This document shows, piece after piece, positions 38,892 through 52,200 of a stretch of 64,000 nucleotides of DNA. Origin of the DNA: Perna viridis. Taxonomy: Eukaryota. The notes under the pieces are model-generated. The model was not told where the DNA came from. It made no database searches and was given only the letters and a program-made list of their open reading frames with translations. The stretch covers positions 35,625,626 to 35,689,625 of the forward strand of contig CM074516.1 in assembly GCA_037379345.1 (NCBI GenBank), in the 5' to 3' direction. A program made the translations under genes and the position numbers. Numbering within the stretch: the first letter of the stretch is position 1; the number at the start of each line of letters is the position of its first letter.

Positions 38892-41800
38892 ATGCCTTTA
38901 GAATGGCTGTTTGGGAAAAAGAAGACCCCGGAGGAAATGTTAAGACAGAATCAAAGAGCTTTAAACAAAGCCATGAGGGACTTAGACAGGGAAAGAGCAA
39001 AGATGGAACAACAGGAAAAGAAAGTTATTGCTGATATTAAGAAGATGGCAAAACAAGGACAAATGGTTTGTGTTTGAAAATTTGGCATCGGAATATTGTA
39101 CAGTTTTCATACAACCCCCTATTCTGTGCTGATTTAAAGAGATTATGCAAGCAAATGTGTGCTTATACATGTGTAAGGAGTAAAAATCTTTGAAAAATGA
39201 CTTTAACTTTAGTAGGAACACAGTTGATCACAATCATTTTAAATGGACTACAGGCATTAAAAAACAGCTATTTTTTCAAGTATACTGTGGTACTCAGGAT
39301 AATTGAATAGTATCCCCACACATTAGGCAAAGGTCCTATAGTATTTTTGTGTATTGAGGTAAAAATATTATCAATAATTTAACAATTTAAAATGAATTGT
39401 GCATTATACATGATATATGTTTCATTCTTATTCTTTTTATGCAGGATGCAGTTAAGATAATGGCAAAAGATTTGGTCAGGACCAGAAGATATGTAAAGAA
39501 GTTTATTCTAATGAGAGCAAATATCCAAGCTGTTGCCCTCAAAATACAAACTTTAAAATCAAATAATGCAATGGCACAGGCCATGAAAGGTGTGACAAGA
39601 GCCATGCAGACCATGAACAAGCAGGTAATATAAAACCACTAATGACATACAACTGTTACACTTTTTTCAGATTTGTTTCTGATAAAATTCTAAAATTGTG
39701 AATATATTTTTACTCAGGTTTAGGAGAACCAAAACTGTGTCAAATCTATTTTGGAGATTATATTTTCATGTTAGACAATAGCAATGATGGAATTTTGAAA
39801 ATCAAAAGATATGAATTTCAGCAACTTTCATTCATTTGAATATGCAAATGATTAGTTTTGAATAGAAAGCATTTTTATAATTCATGTGCAGTACAGGTAT
39901 CTGAAAAAAATTGTCATGTACTTCTGCAAATGTAAATGTAATTTTTTTTCATCAGTAAAGTTGATCAAAGATAATAATTCATTTTGAAACAATAATTTAA
40001 ACATACATTTTTAACATAAACTTTGCATAAAATTTGGATTTTTAATATATTTTTGCACGAAAATTAAACATATAGTTGCATGAATTTTCCAAAGATCATA
40101 CAAATTTAGGATTAAGATATATTTTTTTCTTTCTGTGTAGTATTGGTTAAACCCTTGACCTTAAAAGTTATTTAAAAAGAAGCATAAACCTGATGGTTTC
40201 CTATTTTTGACAGCTGAAACTTCCACAAATCCAAAAAATAATGATGGAGTTCGAGAAGCAGTCAGAGATAATGGAAATGAAAGAAGAGATGATGAATGAT
40301 GCTATAGATGATGCAATGGGAGATGAGGATGATGAAGATGAAAGGTATTAGCAGTGTTTTGGCTGGATAGCACAATAATTGAAAAGAGGACTTTTAGTGT
40401 GATGAATTAGGAACACATTTGATATTTAATAATGTTACATTTTTCACAGGTGTCTTGATCTGGTTTAAGCCCCATTCTCATGACTAAAATTTACAATTAC
40501 CTGACATTTGTGTGTAAAAGTTAATATGCTCATATGTATCATTCATGTCTTTTTCGATTCTATACTTCAGGCATCAATTTCACAAAAAGTTGTAAGTGTA
40601 AAGTTCATCGTAAGTAATGATGTCATACCAGAAAATAGCATTGTTATGTCATAACTTAAGATCAACTTTACACTTCTGACTTTTTGTGAAATTGACCCCA
40701 AGGTTTTTGAGTTATTTTGGCCCTATTTTATTTTATGTTTGATATTATCAGATTGTTCCTAGAGACATGGCAGAGTACCCTATATTTTTTGGATGTTTTT
40801 TGCCTAAATCCCATTTGAAAATAAGGGGCTAAATAGGTGTTATCATTAGAATTGATAGAAAAGTTGTATTGTTAATCTGATTTCAATTACTCTGATGTCA
40901 GTGTATTACTTTTGAAGTTTTGTTTAAGATCTTTTTTACAGGATAGACTTATCTTTAATCATTTTGAAGATAAAAGGATGAAAATTAGTCCATGTTAAAA
41001 AAAATTACGTTTTAATTTATGGTAGAAAAAAAATTATTAGATTTTTCATGAAAATCCATGTCTGTGTTTTTCAGTCTGATTTCAGATAGCTCTTACAAAA
41101 ATAATTTTGTTACTTATTGGTCTGATTTAGATTTTTTGTAAGAGATCCCTCATGAAAATTCATGCCTGAAGTTTTCAATCAGATCTCAGATATCTCTTAC
41201 AATTTTCAAGCTAACAGGAGTATAATTCAACTTTTTCATTTTTGATCCAATTAAAAAAAAGTTATGACATGAAGATTCCTCATGAAAACCCCTGCAGGAG
41301 TGTTCAGTCAGATTTACTCGTCTGAATATAGCTGAAATATTGCTGCTCAGACGTTAAACCCCAACAAACAAACAAACAAAAATGTATTGCAATTTTTCAG
41401 TTGTAAGGGGCTAATGGGGGCCAGACCTTTCAGTATATTCCAGTCCTTGATACATATGTGATTATCTTGGTTATTATACGAAGCACAAAGTTTGGGTGTA
41501 CATAGGAATCACCCTATCTGTCTGTCCTCATTTCCTATAAGGCCAACTCCTTCTAAATGGCTAAAGGGATTTTGATGAAATTTTTTAAGGTAGGTGGGGC
41601 ATCATATGTAGATGTCTATGAAGAAATATGTTAATTGTTGAATTGCTCAAAAGGGAGATAATCCAACTTAAGGGGTTTACATGTTAAAACCCTGTAGGTG
41701 AGCTCCTAAACTGTTCAAGGGATTTTGATGAAATCTTATAGGAAAATTGAGCATCACATTTAGATGTGCATGAAGGAATATAATGATTGTCAGAGAACTT

Positions 41801-43575
41801 CTGAGGGAGAAAATTGAACTTGAGGGTAATACATTTAAGTCCATTTGAATCATTGAGTATTCTCTGTGTGAGCTTGCTCGGTTTTAACCAGATTTTCTGA
41901 TGGGAAAAAAAAGGTTATTTAAAAGAGGGCACAGAGATTGGGCAGCTGCTAAACTTTTTCAGAACAATAACTTGAAAATTATTTGGCAGATTCTTTTCAA
42001 ATTTGGATGTGTTGTTTCCTATGACAAAATAAAGGTCATGATAATTTTTTACAAGTATCATCTTTGTTGTTCTGAGTGGCAGTATATTTTTAGGTTTTTG
42101 ATCCTTCTGGATCAAAATACTTTGTGTCAGTGACCATCATGAGAACTTCTCCTGTTTCTGAACATTACTCAAAATATAGTCCATATGTAATTCTTTTTAT
42201 ATCATTCAGTACTTATTTTAAAATAAATAAATATGTTTTATACAATAGTTCAGCTGAATAATATTCTTTCATTGCTGCAAATAGATTTAAGGTCTAGTCT
42301 TTCTATCAAATGAAGATATGAGGGGCTTCATGGATGTTAATAAATTTTCTTTTAGGATTTTTTTTTTTTTTTTGCAGAATGTGTCAAGAAGCACTACTTA
42401 CATTAAGCATGTTCCATTTAACACACTTATCAGTCAAAACTTTCATCCTTTCATCAATATTTTATGATTGTTAGGAAGTGAAGAGTGGTAATTTTAACCA
42501 AGTAAAATTGGCAGGAAAATTTGATTTGATAAAAAATTCCTCTTTTTGGAATATCTTGTGTACATCTAGAAAATTATTTTCTTAAGCTGAAACTGGTTTT
42601 ATTTGAGTAAAATTACGTTATATAAATATTTGAATAAAGAAATTTTCAAATGTTACCGCAGCTACCAGTAGTTATAGTTATAATAATATTTGAATTTCTA
42701 AATTTTTATATTTGTAACTAATATTGCAGTGAAGTAATGCATACTCATGAGTTAATTGCATATTAATTTTTGGACTGGTTGTAAAATTTGTGAAATAGGT
42801 GTGAAACAAAATTGTTAAAATGTGTGTAAAATACTGTTTAACTAATGATCTAAAGATTGACATTCAGTTTATAAACATGAGAAAAAAAAACAATTCTAAT
42901 TGATTTGATATTAGAAATTCAAATTTATGATTTCAGTCCTATTTTACATCATTCTGTTCATGCTACAATTTTCACAAGAATCAAAAACCTCCAGTACACT
43001 AACCCCCCTTTTTTCAGTGAAAATTTTGACTTTGACCCTTGTTACTACATATACTTTGAGTTGATATATATATATTTTTTTCTTCAGTGATGCTATTGTG
43101 TCCCAAGTATTAGATGAGTTAGGATTGCAATTGACAGATGAATTATCAGGTAATGTTAAGGGTATAGGAATGAAATGGTTCAGGCTACTTTCAAGTTAAA
43201 AATATATTATGTGTAACTAAATGTCAATTGAACTGGTTCTCTAGAATTTTTAGAATTTTCTGCTTTATCTTGTAAATTAGATATTCCTCAACAGAAATCT
43301 ATATGATTGAATTTTATCACCTACAAAACTGTTATTGTTACAGTTTATTTTCTTTTGTAATGATGGAGATACTTCAGCATATTTTGGAATTGTGTACAAC
43401 CACATAATGAAGCAGTTTAACACTTTTGATGCTTTTTACAGGTTTGCCTTCCACTGGAGGAACAATATCTGCTGGAGCATCCAAAGCACCACAACCTGTT
43501 GCAGCAGGTGGTGGCCCACCAAGTGATGCTGATGCAGATCTGGAGGCACGATTAGAAAACTTGAGACGACAGTGA
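38892..43575 (+). CDS. CHMP2A: Charged multivesicular body protein 2a (ESCRT-III, Snf7 family)
   Basis: Exons: 38892-39065 (MPLEWLFGKKKTPEEMLRQNQRALNKAMRDLDRE), 39445-39624, 40214-40344, 43088-43149, 43442-43575 (ends DADLEARLENLRRQ*, a MIM1 motif). Probable non-coding first exon ending about 37757 (cag|gtaaag). Confidence 0.97.
40570..40699. mobile_element. Palindromic MITE (about 47-bp arms) in a CHMP2A intron
   Basis: TCAATTTCACAAAAAGT...AAGTGTAAAGTT.ATC.TAAGT.ATGA and its reverse complement, about 5 mismatches. GG.. / ..CCCC ends as in PIF/Harbinger-type MITEs. Confidence 0.75.
41318..41381 (+). mobile_element. SINE-type 3' end with (AAAC)n tail
   Basis: CTGAATATAGCTGAAATATTGCT...CGTTAAACCCC(AACA)n. 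An inverted related fragment lies at about 700-742. Confidence 0.6.
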
Positions 43576-46169
43576 TTGTGATTTATTTATAAAAACAGTT
43601 ATGTGAATAAGCAAAGGAACATTAGAGTATGAAGTGTATATCATTTTCAAATGTATTGTCACATAACCGGCATTAGGCATATGGTGTATAAGAATTATGT
43701 GAGGGAGAGAGAAAGTGCTATTTAAATGAATGATCTTGAACTTTTTCTATTTTGTAGGTTCACCAAATTCAGTTAAATTTTCAAGAACTGTAATAGCTGT
43801 GTATTGCAATTCAAAGCCTAATAATTTATTAATCTTCCATGGCCTCAATTTTCATATTGCATGTATATTATTGTGATGCCTTTGTTAAAAAGTTGACAGT
43901 TGATTGTTTGTTTCTCTGTCACATTTGTGATAACTTTATAACTGCTCTACCTAATTATTTCAAATTTTAACCAAATTATTTGGACTTTATTAAACTGGTC
44001 AAGTTTGATTTATGTTGTGTATTGCAGTTTTTTGTTCAGGCAATATTGCTCATTTTTACATTTTTGGAATGCTGGTGTATCTTAATTGCCACTTTGTCCA
44101 TCTCATTACTTTAGTTTTTTTTTGTTGATAACTCATTAGATATAGATCAAATTGTTTTACTTCTTATGGTGTTCCAGAACAGCAGATTGTTCTAAGTTGG
44201 AGTTTTCTTTAAGTTACTTAGAAAGTAATTATTTGGGTATGGCTATGGATTTTTTTTCAGTTTTCAGACTTGCCTTTTTTTCCAAGTCAAAAACAGTTTT
44301 TTTTTTTCAAATATAACAAGAATGGATTTGGTAAATATGTCAAAGAGACAACAACCCCACTTGGATTAAAAATGTCAGCTTAAGACCACCAGTATGGTTA
44401 AACCCATAAAATACTGAGACTTATAACACTGCTCGTTACAATTTACTTTTTTTCCCCAAAATTTGGAAGGTATCTTTTTTTTTTTTTTTTTTAAATCCAT
44501 ACAAAATCAATTGGTTGCTGCCAAAATGAATGGCATCCGATGTGATATTATATGAATAATTAAGTCTAATTTCAATATGCTTTGAATTAAATTTTTCGGT
44601 GAGCTTTGTGAATTTGGTAGGTGTTTCACAACCAGTATAAATAAGGATGTTTACTCAAAAACAAATCAGGGTTTAGAAATACAGAAGCTCCCAGCTTAAG
44701 AAAAATATGACATATATATATGTTATGTACTTTTGGTCTTGACAGAGATATTTATCTGTCTTGTATTCAAGCTTGTTTTATCCATAAGTTATGATAGAAT
44801 CATACTTGTTTTTGTTTTAGTGGTTACATTGTAAACTTTGTGCAAATATTTTTATATTGTAATTGTGAATATTAAACTAATCATTTTATTAAAGTGTTTT
44901 TCAGTTTTAGTCATAGCACTCCTAAATTACCTGAATGTAAATTATCTATATACTTCTGTTAGGAGATTTGTTGAAGCATGGCATTTGGTTTGGTGCATTC
45001 CATTAGACATAGAATATTTGGGTCATTAATGTTATATAAAGAAATATGACCATTTTAAACCATCTTTAAAAGAAACCAATATATCTGCTTGGTTTTCATT
45101 ATTTCATCACAACTATCGCAATAGAAAAAAAGTTAATTTGAATTCATTTATTTGAAATTATGAGTTACTGTTAGCAGGTGATATGTTCAAATGGAAATCA
45201 TTGATAACCATGATTACAGCATTTGAATAACAAAAAAAATTCTAATTGAGGGAAAAAAAACACAAAAAAATAACACAATTTATAATAACCCCCATATTTT
45301 ATATGAAATTAGTATTATGTGTTGTAGGTCTAGATGTTCTTGTACAATATTACTGCACAAACCTGGTGCTGCTATATGTCACAAAGATGGTAATAAAACA
45401 CACACCAAAAGAATTTAAATAAACGTTTAGCACAGTTTTTTTTTTTTACTTCCTTATTTTTATTTTATTTTAAGTTTATTTTAACAAAAATGGAACATCA
45501 ACTCTTTGATGGCTTAAAGCGGGCAACATGACAAGTTAGAGACAGAAATCATACATGTAAATAAGGCCATAAAAATTGGACATTTCTAAGCAGTTACCAA
45601 TGTTGAATAAAAAGTGTATGCATCAAAATATATTATTTTTTATCTCCATACATAACATAAATTCTATAGCAAATAAATTTAACAAGTTAACTTAATACAA
45701 TAAACAAAAGAAATCCTGTAGGTTGAAAAAAATGACATATCTGTAAGATGTTTAAGCCTGTTAACAAACTAACTTTTACTAGCAAAATAGTTATCTTTTT
45801 CAAACCACCCAAATATTCAGTATTTTGAAATGTGGAACACTATTTCAGCAATGCTAGTGGTTGTCTTGCAAGATAATTTCTGACTTAATGCCCTATGGAA
45901 GAATGGAATTCCAACCTCTTATGTTGTAGGAGTAGGTGGAAAACTAAATGCTCCAATCAGAAAGTAATTATTTGTTTATCAGCATTTTTTAATGCATTTT
46001 TTAATTGACTGATCGAAATTAATAGTATTACTATGCATCATATTGTACATCTGCTGTAGTATTAATCATTAGAATTAAGTTCCACTTCTCATTTATTTCA
46101 AGCGACGATAATATATAGTAATGCATTTTTTTATGGAAGCAAGTAAAATGAATTACTTTATAGAATTAA

Positions 46170-46258
46170 ATCAACACTTCCGTGTATTCAGAAGTCACGT
46201 GACTAGCAACCTTACATCGTTTACAAAATGGCCGATCAGTAAGAAGCTCTACTAAACG
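46170..46258 (+). promoter_or_regulatory. Promoter/5'UTR of the uncharacterised gene with ETS, E-box, X-box-like and YY1 motifs
   Basis: CACTTCCG (about 46175), GTCACGTGAC (46194-46203) overlapping GTGACTAGCAAC (RFX X-box-like), and CAAAATGGCCG (about 46224), all within 90 bp of the ATG at 46259. Confidence 0.6.
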
Positions 46259-49200
46259 ATGGATAGAGGTAAATTGAAGTAGCTTGTACTTTAAATGCTA
46301 ACTGTTTTGGATTCAAATAACAGTGAATATCTGCGACATAGGCACTTGGGTATGGGCTATATCACGTAGTTGGCCCTCGATCGTGACTGGCAGGTGCCCG
46401 CTACTGTCGTACTGATGGCATTAATCCCATTACCCCTTTACAGTAATACTGATGGAAATAATGAAAACTTGATACGCACACACTTAAATCAAAGGTTGGT
46501 TCTAAAATAACTCGGCCTATTCATTATTATACCAGATGTGTTGTTTCTGAATACTACTCTATATTTAAGCATACTTTGCCGACAAAAAGTGATTTTTAAT
46601 CTGTTGACACTTCTTCAACCTCAACTGTAATGGTAAAAGTCACAACAAAGCTGTAGCTTAAGTCATAAGAATGATTTGCCAAAAATTGAAAAGTAAAAAA
46701 AAAGTGATACCCCTGTGTTAGTTAATTTCCTTGTGATTTGCCGAGACTTGCTGGGGGTTTACAGTGGTTTTGCAGTGTCCTAGATAGGGCAAAAATGGAG
46801 GAGCCCAGCACTCCAACCCTATTAGTCCCATGCCCCTATTGAGTATTAAACTTCAGTATATTAATGTGGTTTGGAAGACACCATCGCAAATATGGGTTAT
46901 TAAATTCTATTTGTTTAATGGTATATAACATGCATATGTCAACTGAGAAAGATCTGTTAATGCAATAAGGCTGTCATTCATATATTAGTACAGTAAAACT
47001 TGTTCAGTTTGCAAAATATGATGTGACATTGTCCATTCACACATAGTTCAACCTTAATTTTCAGAAGTTGGAAGATACATGTATGCAATAAGAATACAAC
47101 CATACAAGAAAAAAAGAGAGATATATCTGATCTACTGCAAACACATCTTATAATACTAAGGTCAATGTCCCTTTCAGGTTTGAAAGAAACATGCTATGCT
47201 TTAAAGTGCCTACTTCCCTGCGCCCTTCTATCTTCAATTCTTAGCTAGAACACTGGTTTTGTTTCTCCCACAAAACTGATAAGTCCTGATTATTTGCCAA
47301 CTGGCCAATTAATCTCACTGTCTATTAGGTGCTTTTGCTGAAAATTGATTTGTTCTCGTGTTTATTAATTGAAGCTCACATTATCCTTATCATTGTTTAT
47401 GTTATATTTTGTAAGTTACTTTTACAGGACGTAACCAGGTATTTGAAGCTCTGCACGAGGTTGAAGAAGAACCAGAAGATTCTGAAGATGATGGAGGTAG
47501 AAAAAGGGTTGGTATTATATATCCAATTTTTCTATGTACAGTTAGCTGGATCTTGCGAAAAATATAACTTTAAATTTGTTCTATTCTTTCTGTGATCTTG
47601 AAGTCTAAAAATAGTAGAAATTTGCTAACATAACCATAACTGGCATAAGAAAATTGTATGAAAATCTTCTGAAAAGGTTTTGTTTTAATAAAGAAATGTA
47701 GCCTTGTAGGTTAAACAAATTTAATCTTTTTGAGGCCTGTGATATTTTACTGTCCTTTTTAAAAAATTCTTGAAACTGAAGACTTTTTTTCATAAACAGA
47801 TTACTCTGTAGTAATATGTATGATGGGCACTAAATTTAGCAATTGCTTGTTAAAATGTTTTGAATCAGGAGTATGGTCAAAGTGCATTTTCAGAACATTC
47901 ATCATGTGATAATGTTTGTTTAATTCTCAGCCATCATCTGATGACTCTGAAAGCTCAGATGATGATGAGCCAGATCCAGCTGCCAGAAGAAGAGAGCCTA
48001 ATAAGTTTGACAATCTGTGTGATGGTGTGGTAAATGCAATGGCCCTGGTTCACACTGCTTTAGCAGAGGTTTGTTTTAGGTTTTAACAAATAATTTCAAA
48101 GTTTAAAATGTGCTTAATAATAGATTTAAAATGTTTTACAAACTTAATTAAGAGATTTGAGGAAAAAAACTGAGATCTTAGTATTGATAAAACTTGCCTA
48201 TTTTAAAAATTTAAGGTAGATAGGGTGTGTTTACTATTGTTTAAATATGTCTGTTCATGATGTGTAAATGTAAACAGATTAAGAAATGAATTTTAATCAG
48301 TTTACCCAATTGTTATTATTACATGTTTCCTTTTAACAGTTGCTTGAAATGAAAGATGAAATGATTAAACATGCCCTGCCACCAACAGTTCTGGTAAAAC
48401 TTGCCACAATTACAGGAAAAGTATTCAGAAGGTAAGGTTTCACCCATTGAATACCACTTAGAACTCAAATTTTGGATGTTAATTGGAAATTTATTTAGGT
48501 AACCAAAACTGCCATTTTGAACCCCTGACATTGGCAGGCTGCCCAGCAACCCTAAAATTCCCCAAAATTACTATTTTTTTTAGTTTGGCTAAAATTCCTT
48601 AAAACTTGAAATTCAAAGGGAATTCCTCTAAAACCCCCTTTCCTCTTTCGTCGACCCTGGACTTGACTTTTTATGAGGAACTTGGTGGGTGTTTCTAGAA
48701 AAACAGATGATGCTTACCCTACCGGTGCACCTGGTCCATGCTCCCTGTTTTTAGTGGTCCGAGTTGCTCACTTACTTTTGTTACTTTGTATGTATTATTT
48801 TGGTTATTTTATGTTCTTTGTTGTGTGTGTCTGTTTTTTATGTCTGTTCTTAGTCCCTGAATTACATTTTTAGCTTGCCTGGCATCGTCCGTCGTTGTTG
48901 TTAACAATTATACAAAACTCTTCTCCTCTGAAACTGCTTGACTGATTAAAACCAAATTTGGTATAAATGTTCCTTGGGGTATCCTGCATAGAACTGATGT
49001 AGGCATTTTTGATTCGTCAAAAAACATGGCCGCCATTACTAAAAATAGAACATATGGGTCAGACAGTAGTTTTTCACATATATCTCCAAAACTGTTAGGT
49101 TTAACTAAGTTCTGACTGGGTAAAAGTGTTTAGCATGTTAAGATCTATCTCTTGTTAAATTTTGGTTTTAATTCATTAAGCCGTGTTGAAGTTATTGCCC

Positions 49201-52200
49201 TTTTTCAACAATTTTTGCTATTTTGAATGTTATTTCTTTCAAAAATCTTCTCCTCTGACACTACTTGACCAATTGTAACCAAAATTTGTATGAATGTTTC
49301 TTGGGGTATCGTGCATAGAACTGATGTGGGGAATTTTGATCCATCGAAAAACATGGCCGCCATTACTAAAAAAAGAATGTAGGGATCAGACAGTAGTTTT
49401 TTGTATATATCTCCAAAACCGTTAGGTTTAGCCAAATTCTGACTGGGAAATGTTGAGCATGATGAGATCTATCAGTGGTCAAATTTTCATTTTGATATGT
49501 TGAGCCATGTTGGAGTTATTGCCCCTTTTCAACAATTTTTGCTATTTTGAATGTTATTTCTTTCAAAAATCTTCTCTTCTGACACCACCTAACTAATTGG
49601 AACCAAACTTGGTATGAATGTTCCTTGGGGTATCGTGCATAGAACTGATGTGGGGATTTTTGATCCATCGAAAAATATGGCCACTGTTACTAAAAAAAGA
49701 ACAAAGGGGTCAGACAATATTTTTTCACAAGTATCTCCATAACCATTAGGTTTAGCAAAATTATTTCGATAGCTGAAATGAATCTAATTATAAGGCCTTC
49801 AGAAGTCATCAGGGATCAAAGTTGTCAGGTGATGCCTGTAAGAGTTATTGCCCTTGAAAGATGAATAATGATAGGATTTTTTTTTAGTTTTCAACCAATA
49901 ACTTTAAAACTAAAAAAAAAGAAACTTTCTATCGCTGCAATGATCTTAATTACAGTCCTACCAAAGTCTTCTTGTTGGACAACTCCTTGTCAAATTTATT
50001 GCCCTTGAACTTTAATCAGGTGAGCGATTCAGGCTCCTAGGAACCTCTTGTTTAATCTAACATGTGGCATGGAATCACTTAGTGTTACATTAATGCCTAT
50101 TTTTTACTATGTGTGATGATGAAAATTTTCATCACAAAGATCTCAGCTTTACAATAGATGGATTGATTTCAAATTTGGTGTGCTGCTTCATATAAATGAA
50201 TGATGTAATATAAGTGATTTTAAATGCTGTCTGATATTAACTTCTTGTATGACTAGGGGAATACTGATGTGTGTAATACAATTTGAACTAGGGCAAAATG
50301 AAATATCAGCCTTGATTATTGCATCAGTTTAAATCTTACATTGTTATCTTTGACATTATATTTGACAGTGTAAGTGATGCTAATATGCCTGTCAATGAGC
50401 TTGTTCGACTTGTCAGAGTATACTCAACACCATGGGAGGAGAAGAGTGCTGCACTGAAGAAGCTACATGAAGACTATGAAAGCAACCAGAGACAATTGAA
50501 TATTGCTATTAAACGATTAAAACTTGTAGAATCTCAGGTAAATAAACATTCAGTGTACCAAATAATGAAAAAAGATAATAGTATCTCAATTTGTGATGAC
50601 TATTATGACTACTTACACAAATCATTTAGGTCCCTTTGAGATTGATTGGAGGCTTGATTTGATGTAAAAATAACTATTTTAGTACTAAAATGAAACCTGT
50701 TTTAATATTTTTTAAGGTTAGTCTTACTTTTTTTCAGTCAAAACAAATAGCAAGAGAGAAGAAGATTATGAACTGGGAAAAGCTCTTTTCCAAGGTCATG
50801 AGTAACAAAGGTCATGGGAGAAGGTGGAAATTCTTGATTGAGTCCATTAAACAGAAGGCTAAATTGGGGTAAGTGCCAATCCTGACTCCTGCTTTCAATA
50901 GTTCATTATCAATAAGAAATACCTTTTTTGGTAAAATTTTCCTGCTTAATGAATCATTGCAAAAAGTAATTTAATGTAGTATTTTTGCCATAATGCCCAT
51001 CCCAACTTGAATTGTTCATAAAAAGTATTATACACAAAAAGTCTTTGTGAAAATGAAGCAGATCCTGGATTTAGTATGGTAATTATTTGATTATTTTATA
51101 ATAATGTCAGTTATTGTAAACAAATCAGCTTTGTCTTTATAGATTGGAACATGTGCAGGAGTATACTAGAGCATTAGAGGAAAGTTCAGATGAAGAGGAA
51201 GAAGAAGATGATGAAATGCCTATCTCACTCAAACCTCCAGATGAGGGTGATGACAGTGACAAATTATCCGTAAGTCAATGTTAAGTGGAGTATATCTTCA
51301 TAAATAAGCATGGATAGAAGCTCAGAAAAAGTGAAGTCAAGTTTAGGAATTTTGTTTTATGTATTTTTTCCCTAGGTTAGAATTATATTCTCTAATGTTG
51401 ATTTTTATTTCAGATATGAGGTATTTTTCCTTGATTTTAATGCTTATTAGTGAAAATACGAAAATTTTATTTTCTTTACTTTTTATAGTAACTACTTTCA
51501 GCAACAAACAAGGGAAAAAGTGAGTTTACATTGTGCTTTTTGGGCATATATATTGTGATAGAAATGAATGTGCTTTGAAATTTTGAATTCTCTTTTAGTT
51601 CATGTATTTTCATTTATTAAAGGATCTGGAGGAAGAAGGAGAAGATATAAGCAGTGACAAGGGTAGTGTAGATAGTGACCAGAAACTAGGGTTAGAGGAC
51701 TATGACAGTGAAACAGAAGTCAGAGAGCAGTCTGCCAAGGTATGACCTTCTTAAAAATTAGGGAGACTTTTCCTTTGATTGGAAAATGCCAATTGGTTTA
51801 AAATGACAAAGTAAATTCAGTCTACTTACAGGTATTCTTTTTTTTTTCTTCACATACTGCATTCATGTTTTTTATACAAAGAAATAACTTATAATGTGTA
51901 TGTATTTTTTAAAAATAAATTTATCATTTTCTATATTTTACTGCAGAAAGTAAGGTTTGCTGAAGAACAAGAATCTAAGATAGAGGAAGAAAAAGAACCA
52001 GAGCCACCAAAACCTGAAATGAAGGAGGTAGCTGTGTGGACACATGAACCAGACTATGACAATTTTCTATATGTCAGGGTGCACACACCAAAGAGTATTG
52101 ATAAAAAGGAACTCAAGTGTATGATTACTTTCCAGAATAAAATTATAAAGACAGGACGGCTTGATGTTGTTGAAGAGGTATGTCCCTTGAAGTATATCAT

